A DNA stretch of 62,611 bases from a virus: positions 1-62,611 of IMG/VR virus record IMGVR_UViG_3300045747_000156; one strand, written 5' to 3'. This document shows positions 57,957 to 62,611 of the stretch, piece by piece. The number at the start of each line of letters is the position of its first letter. The first letter of the stretch is position 1. The notes under the pieces were generated by a model. The model was not told the DNA's origin. It did not search any database and worked only from the letters and a program-made list of their open reading frames with translations. The position numbers and the translations under genes are program-made.

Positions 57957-60395
57957 ATGTCAGGTTTCACCGATGTATTTGGTGGGTCTCCAGTACAACC
58001 GTCGAACGTTGCGTACAACGCCGTTACTATTGGCGCAAACCTGACGTTTCAGTGGCCAGCGTTCTGTACCGGTACCCAAGAACCTCTGGCTAGAATCACA
58101 GTAGTAACTCCTGCTGCAGCGTCCCTATCCATTACTCTGCCAGATGTCACAGTTGTCGGCACCGGCCAGGATGTTCTGCTCATCAACACCGGCGCCTACA
58201 CATTCACCGTGTACAACAGTGTTGGATCAGTCATCACGACTGTAGCCCCAGGCCAGCAGAAATACCTGTACGTCGCGGATAATAGCAGTCCAGCAGGCGC
58301 TTGGGGTGTCACCTTGTTTGGCGTTGGTACGTCGGCACTTGATGCCGGTCAACTCTCAGGTTATGGCGTGAAGGCCATAGGTGCCACGCTCAATCAATCA
58401 TCTCCAACTGCTTTGTTGGCGTCCAACTACACAGTCTTAGCGTCGGACCGCGCAAAGGTCTACGTCAATAGTGTTGGCGCAATCACTCTGACCTTGCCGT
58501 CTACGTCGACAGTCTCCAACGACTTCTTCTTTGAGTTTCGCAATCAGGGCACGGGTACAGTCACCATCGCCCCGGTAGGCGGGGAGCTCATTGATGGTAG
58601 CGGGACAGTAGTTTTGCAGGTCAATGAGTCATGCGCAATACACTCAGGCCTCGGTGCGTGGTACACAATTGGTCGCGGCAGAAATGCAAGTTTCAACTTT
58701 ACTCAGCTGTTGAAGACCGTTACTGGTGGCACCACAATCCTGTCACTGACAGAAGCTAGTAACGTAGTTCAGACGTACTCAGGAACTGCCGTATCGCCAA
58801 ACATCATCGTGCTTCCTTCGGTTGTCCAGGTGTATTACATCCGCAACAACGTGCTTGGAGGTTACACATTCACTGTCAAGTCACCAACCACAGGTGCCAC
58901 ACTAGACATCCCATATAGCCAAAGCGCCGTGGTCTTCTGCGATGGCGTGAACGTTACCAACGCATCTACAACCATCACCGGGATCTCCGCACTTCTCCTA
59001 TCAGGCGGATCAGCGTCTTCACCATCACTCGCTCTTGCGCAGGTTAATAATGGACTTTATGCCCCGACCAGCACCACCATTGGTGTCAGCGCAAATGGGA
59101 CAAACGTTGCAACATTTGGTGCTAATGGTCTGAGAACTCAGATAGGGTTCGACCTGCAGGAGTCAGGCGCATTTACTTCTCTAGAGGCTACAGACGGGTT
59201 TAAGGCTAGGCTTGGCACGGTTTTGTCGGCCTCGTACGCAGACGACTTTAATTTCAACTCAGCCAACAATCACGGCGTTGGTGTCAACGCAGACGGTGGC
59301 GGCCAAGTACGTATGTACAACTCCAGTCTCTACTCAGGCGGTATGTACGCCGGAGCCGGTGGTTTATCTCTGAAGGTTGGTGCCGCTAGTGACACATATA
59401 CGCAGTGGCACGACCTAGCTAGTGCTTACTCTGGAGCGGTGCGCACATTTGTAAACAGCGTTGAAGTGGCTAGGTTTACGTCTACCGGTCTGGAGCAATG
59501 CGCTATAGGAGCGACAACTCCATCAACTGGAAAGTTCACCGTAGCGGAGACGACTGGAAACTTCGGTGTTGGTATAACTCCTACGTACAGACTTCACACA
59601 TCTGTGACTGGCGCTAATAACGAAGCTAGATTTGAGACCGTAACATCCGGTAGCCCAATCCTGACTCTAAGTGCTAACGGCGCAGGCTCAGGCTCGCTGA
59701 CAAGTGACAGAGCCACTGGCAGTCTGCTGATAGGCGTCAACGGAGGCGAAGTATGTAGGTTCACCAACACGGGATCCTTTTACTTAGGGCAGACCACTAG
59801 CGGATACGTGAACTCGTACTCGATGTCCATCAGCACCGGTGCCGAGATCATCAACCATGCTTCTGGTTCAGCATCTGGCAACGCGTACCTCGGGTTTGGA
59901 TACTCGGGGTCAAGCATAGGAACCATAGAGCAAGACGGCACGGTTGGTGTGAGGATCACTGGTGTCACCGGTGTTAAATTTCTTGCAACTCAGGTACCGT
60001 CTGCCGACGCAAATACTTTAGATGACTATGAGGAGGGTACTTTCACAGCAACCCTCATGGGAAGTGTTACCAATCCTACAATTCCTGTAACAACCACCGG
60101 CTACTACACCAAGATAGGCAGGCAAGTAACCGTAAGTATATACTTCAGCGGATTCACAACCACTGGGGCCTCAGGTAATTTAATGGTATCCGGTCTGCCA
60201 TTTGCTGCGCACTCCACTGCAGGGGCCTCAGTAGGAAGTGCTCAGATGGCAAATAACGGCACCATCGCCGGGCTTACTACCACAACTAATAGCAGCACAA
60301 CTCTTGCAATACAGGATGCTTTTGGTGTACCTATCGCCATCAGCGCCGGTACGTCCCGCACGTATATTATGAGCAGCACCTATAATGCCGCATAA
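57957..60395 (+). CDS. Tail fibre-like protein (812 aa)
   Basis: Long Gly/Ser/Thr/Ala/Val-rich beta-type sequence without charged clusters. Located in the tail module just before tailspike 2. Confidence 0.5.
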   Translation: MSGFTDVFGGSPVQPSNVAYNAVTIGANLTFQWPAFCTGTQEPLARITVVTPAAASLSITLPDVTVVGTGQDVLLINTGAYTFTVYNSVGSVITTVAPGQQKYLYVADNSSPAGAWGVTLFGVGTSALDAGQLSGYGVKAIGATLNQSSPTALLASNYTVLASDRAKVYVNSVGAITLTLPSTSTVSNDFFFEFRNQGTGTVTIAPVGGELIDGSGTVVLQVNESCAIHSGLGAWYTIGRGRNASFNFTQLLKTVTGGTTILSLTEASNVVQTYSGTAVSPNIIVLPSVVQVYYIRNNVLGGYTFTVKSPTTGATLDIPYSQSAVVFCDGVNVTNASTTITGISALLLSGGSASSPSLALAQVNNGLYAPTSTTIGVSANGTNVATFGANGLRTQIGFDLQESGAFTSLEATDGFKARLGTVLSASYADDFNFNSANNHGVGVNADGGGQVRMYNSSLYSGGMYAGAGGLSLKVGAASDTYTQWHDLASAYSGAVRTFVNSVEVARFTSTGLEQCAIGATTPSTGKFTVAETTGNFGVGITPTYRLHTSVTGANNEARFETVTSGSPILTLSANGAGSGSLTSDRATGSLLIGVNGGEVCRFTNTGSFYLGQTTSGYVNSYSMSISTGAEIINHASGSASGNAYLGFGYSGSSIGTIEQDGTVGVRITGVTGVKFLATQVPSADANTLDDYEEGTFTATLMGSVTNPTIPVTTTGYYTKIGRQVTVSIYFSGFTTTGASGNLMVSGLPFAAHSTAGASVGSAQMANNGTIAGLTTTTNSSTTLAIQDAFGVPIAISAGTSRTYIMSSTYNAA

Positions 60396-60455
60396 CATCG
60401 GCAAGCACGCTGTATATTTCAGTCTCTTACACCGCATCATAATCATAGGAATATC

Positions 60456-60665
60456 ATGGCACTATCAGAACAACGCGTATTGAAGCAGGTCACAATCTTA
60501 GCTCAGCAGTCAGCTGTTAACGTGCAGTGGGCAAACCAAGTGCTGCGCGATGGAGAAGTCATCAGCGAGGTGTACGAGCGCAAGGCGTATAACCAAGACC
60601 AAAAAACCGAATTCTTAGCTGAGGTCACAAATGCTGCGAGTTATGTTTCAGCGCTTGGTTGGTAG
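60456..60665 (+). CDS. Hypothetical small protein
   Basis: 69-aa ORF. RBS aggaatatc. Confidence 0.45.
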   Translation: MALSEQRVLKQVTILAQQSAVNVQWANQVLRDGEVISEVYERKAYNQDQKTEFLAEVTNAASYVSALGW

Positions 60666-60786
60666 AGCGCTTAACCGCGTCTACAGCATGGAGCCACACA
60701 TAACGTGGCGTTGGATTTTCACCGGTCTATCATTGTTCTGGGCTCTGATGTTTTACATTATGCATAAGGTGTTAATCAAATGGTAA
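60631..60786 (+). CDS. Micro-ORF encoding a 51-aa single-pass membrane protein
   Basis: MLRVMFQRLVGRALNRVYSMEPHITWRWIFTGLSLFWALMFYIMHKVLIKW. RBS gaggtcacaa. Bridges two annotated ORFs with overlaps. Confidence 0.4.
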   Translation: MLRVMFQRLVGRALNRVYSMEPHITWRWIFTGLSLFWALMFYIMHKVLIKW

Positions 60787-61001
60787 ATGAAAAGTTAAGG
60801 GTCAAGAATCCGCTATCAGTGTGCGGAGTTGAGTACCCGCTGTCCACATTGACTGAGCGCCAACTAGTTCTTGCAAGCCACGTTGCTGACTTGGATAGGA
60901 AGATAGCCGCAATGAAGTTTAACATTGAGCAGCTGCAGTACGGGCGTGAAGCCATACACTCAGCTCTTCATCACTCGTTAGGACACCAAAATGGCAACTG
61001 A
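60780..61001 (+). CDS. Hypothetical small protein
   Basis: 73-aa ORF. Its 3' end lies inside the conserved tailspike 5' module. Confidence 0.45.
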   Translation: MVNEKLRVKNPLSVCGVEYPLSTLTERQLVLASHVADLDRKIAAMKFNIEQLQYGREAIHSALHHSLGHQNGN

Positions 61002-61155
61002 AGTAGAACTCTTTGAACAGTATGACCTACCTGGTCGTGAGTCTATCAGAGGACTGATAGACTCCAATGGTAAAGCTCAAATCCAATTAGGAGGACGTCC
61101 TGTCGCGTCTTACTCGGTTGACGGTAGTGGCAACGTTACTGGGTTGGTGGGGCCG
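60979..61155 (+). repeat. ~177-bp tailspike 5' module, copy B (see 37452-37628)
   Basis: Near-identical nucleotide sequence including the RBS and the first ~55 codons. Confidence 0.9.
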
Positions 61156-62611
61156 AGTGGTACTAACGAGGTATTTTTTGCAAAGTCTAAATATGATCGC
61201 GCACCAACACCGAAAGATAATTCATCGTTAGGTTATGACATTAATTCAGTGTGGCAATATAATGGTGACTTATATCAGCCGATTGTGGCACCAACTTCTA
61301 CATCTGCTGTATGGGGTGTAAACCAACGGTCTACTGCTACGGTAGTCGATATTGTTGGTGTGACTAATACCAAGTTTGCAGGTGGCACAGTTGCAATGAA
61401 AGGTGGCTTTACTGGGCCTGCAATTGATATATCAGTCACTATTTCAGCGACACCCACTACATTCACAATCAATGTTCTAAGCACTGGTGAACTTGATAAT
61501 GTCTCATGCAATGCCGCGATTGGTCAAAGAGACTCAGGGACATTTGTAACAGTCATAAAGATTTATGACCAATCAGGTAACGGCAATCATGTATTGAAAG
61601 ATGCATCGTTTGCTGCTCCATTCATTGATTGGGATTCTGAGTGTGGCAGGTTTGTAATCACATCGTCCTATGACTATCTTGGTGTTGCAAGACAGTTAAG
61701 AATCCCAAACACATTAACTACCAATCGTAGTGCGCTTTCAATGTTTGCGCTTGGTAGGTCTGTGAATGCGGCAGACGGTAATGGTTCTAGGATATTGGCA
61801 ACTGCTGGTGATTACTTGGGTGGTGCAGGGCAAATAGCAGCATGGCAACCATTGCAAAGCGGTTCTATGAGTGTAGCCAATAATCCAGCAGGTGGGACTC
61901 AGACACCTACAACACCAGTTCCATTCATTTCAACTATATGTATTTCTGGTTTTACTGCCGGGACAGCACAAAATAATTATTTCTGCAATGACATTACTGG
62001 ATCGAAAACAATAGCTAACGCATCTGTAGTCCTTACAGGGGGTTGGATATTTACAGATACTGGTTCATCTGCTGCACGTAGAAGCCCAGTTCGATTATTC
62101 GGATTCGCTATATGCGATCAAGAGGTAAGCGCAGCCAAAGTTACAGCCATCAAAAATGGTTTTTATGCACAGTTCAATGCGCTTCCTCAAGCGCAGGATA
62201 GGGTTTTTCTAATCGGAGACTCGCGTTTTGCTGGAGCATTTGCAAATCTTGACAGATCATTTGCGGTTCATCTAACCCAATACTTACCAACCAAGCCAAA
62301 AGTTATAAACCTATCAAGTGGTGGGCATACAAATGCACTAGCGGCGACATACTCTATCCCAACGGCAGTTTCACTCTACAAATCAGGTGTCAAAAACGTT
62401 GCTATTGTTCTTCTTGGCGTAAATGACTTCATGGTTAGCAGTCTGACTGTTGCACAGTCCTTGGCTGCACTGACATCAAATGTTGCAACACTCAAGGCTG
62501 CTGGAATGACAGTCATTGTTATTTCTGAATTAGCAACTACTGTTACAACAGGGTCAGCTAGTACGCTAGTACCACAGCTAAGAACTCTAATCAATGCAAA
62601 CAGCATGGGGG
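60991..62611 (+). CDS. Tailspike/receptor-binding protein 2 with C-terminal SGNH esterase domain; runs off the window end and continues at 128..276 (589 aa in total)
   Basis: I translated the frame from ATG 60991 to 62611 and found no stop. Block I VFLIGDSRFAG, block II LSSGGH, block III LLGVNDF, block V (in 1..276) DGLHMSAGIH. Absent from the ORF track because it has no in-window stop. Confidence 0.8.
   Translation, partial: MATEVELFEQYDLPGRESIRGLIDSNGKAQIQLGGRPVASYSVDGSGNVTGLVGPSGTNEVFFAKSKYDRAPTPKDNSSLGYDINSVWQYNGDLYQPIVAPTSTSAVWGVNQRSTATVVDIVGVTNTKFAGGTVAMKGGFTGPAIDISVTISATPTTFTINVLSTGELDNVSCNAAIGQRDSGTFVTVIKIYDQSGNGNHVLKDASFAAPFIDWDSECGRFVITSSYDYLGVARQLRIPNTLTTNRSALSMFALGRSVNAADGNGSRILATAGDYLGGAGQIAAWQPLQSGSMSVANNPAGGTQTPTTPVPFISTICISGFTAGTAQNNYFCNDITGSKTIANASVVLTGGWIFTDTGSSAARRSPVRLFGFAICDQEVSAAKVTAIKNGFYAQFNALPQAQDRVFLIGDSRFAGAFANLDRSFAVHLTQYLPTKPKVINLSSGGHTNALAATYSIPTAVSLYKSGVKNVAIVLLGVNDFMVSSLTVAQSLAALTSNVATLKAAGMTVIVISELATTVTTGSASTLVPQLRTLINANSMG
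62485..62611. repeat. Terminal direct repeat, copy B (identical to 1-127)
   Basis: Exact 127-bp identity with the window start. Confidence 0.95.

Noticed and set aside
1-62611. Lysogeny module, phage RNA polymerase, tRNAs, DGR/retron reverse transcriptase, toxin-antitoxin pairs
   Set aside because: I looked for integrase (R..H..R..Y), CI/Cro-like pairs, single-subunit or multisubunit RNAP motifs, RT YxDD motifs and tRNA T-loops. I found none by eye. Their absence is provisional without profile searches.

Overview
The window is a complete, circularly permuted tailed dsDNA phage genome. Bases 1-127 are identical to 62485-62611, so the unit length is about 62,484 bp, and one gene runs across the window junction. 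Two transcription arms diverge from a ~370-bp non-coding control region at 34602-34971 and converge at ~12.4 kb. (1) The minus-strand early/middle arm runs 34601 down to 12384. It encodes a Toprim/P4-type primase-helicase, ATP-dependent DNA ligase, a minimal J-domain protein, a DUF932-like protein, an SSB-like protein, family-A DNA polymerase, endonuclease VII, a Cas4-like PD-(D/E)XK nuclease, a DEDDh exonuclease, VRR-NUC, a free-standing HNH/NUMOD3 endonuclease, a frame-disrupted SNF2 helicase and many small ORFs. It ends in a translationally coupled six-gene nucleotide-modification operon: SAM methyltransferase, all-alpha NTP pyrophosphatase, DUF1599-like protein, ThyA-family enzyme with a cytosine-type specificity residue, dCMP deaminase and an HDAC-family Zn-deacetylase. 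(2) The plus-strand late arm runs from 34972, wraps through the junction and ends at 12457. It encodes terS, terL, SGNH-esterase tailspike 1, a 1702-aa protein with duplicated modules, portal, Gly-rich and Ser/Thr-repeat proteins, a GroES-like protein, scaffold, major capsid protein, tail fibre, SGNH-esterase tailspike 2, a lysis cassette with overlapping spanins, and tail/ejection proteins including a lytic transglycosylase. I recognised no phage RNA polymerase, integrase, repressor, tRNA or CRISPR array. The early arm instead carries at least five near-consensus sigma70-type promoters that share a 20-bp dyad motif. The best candidate for an undescribed system is the 12.4-16.1 kb operon, which predicts cytosine-modified DNA with unexplained extra chemistry from the methyltransferase and the HDAC-like deacetylase. 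All functional calls rest on motifs read by eye. No database search was run.
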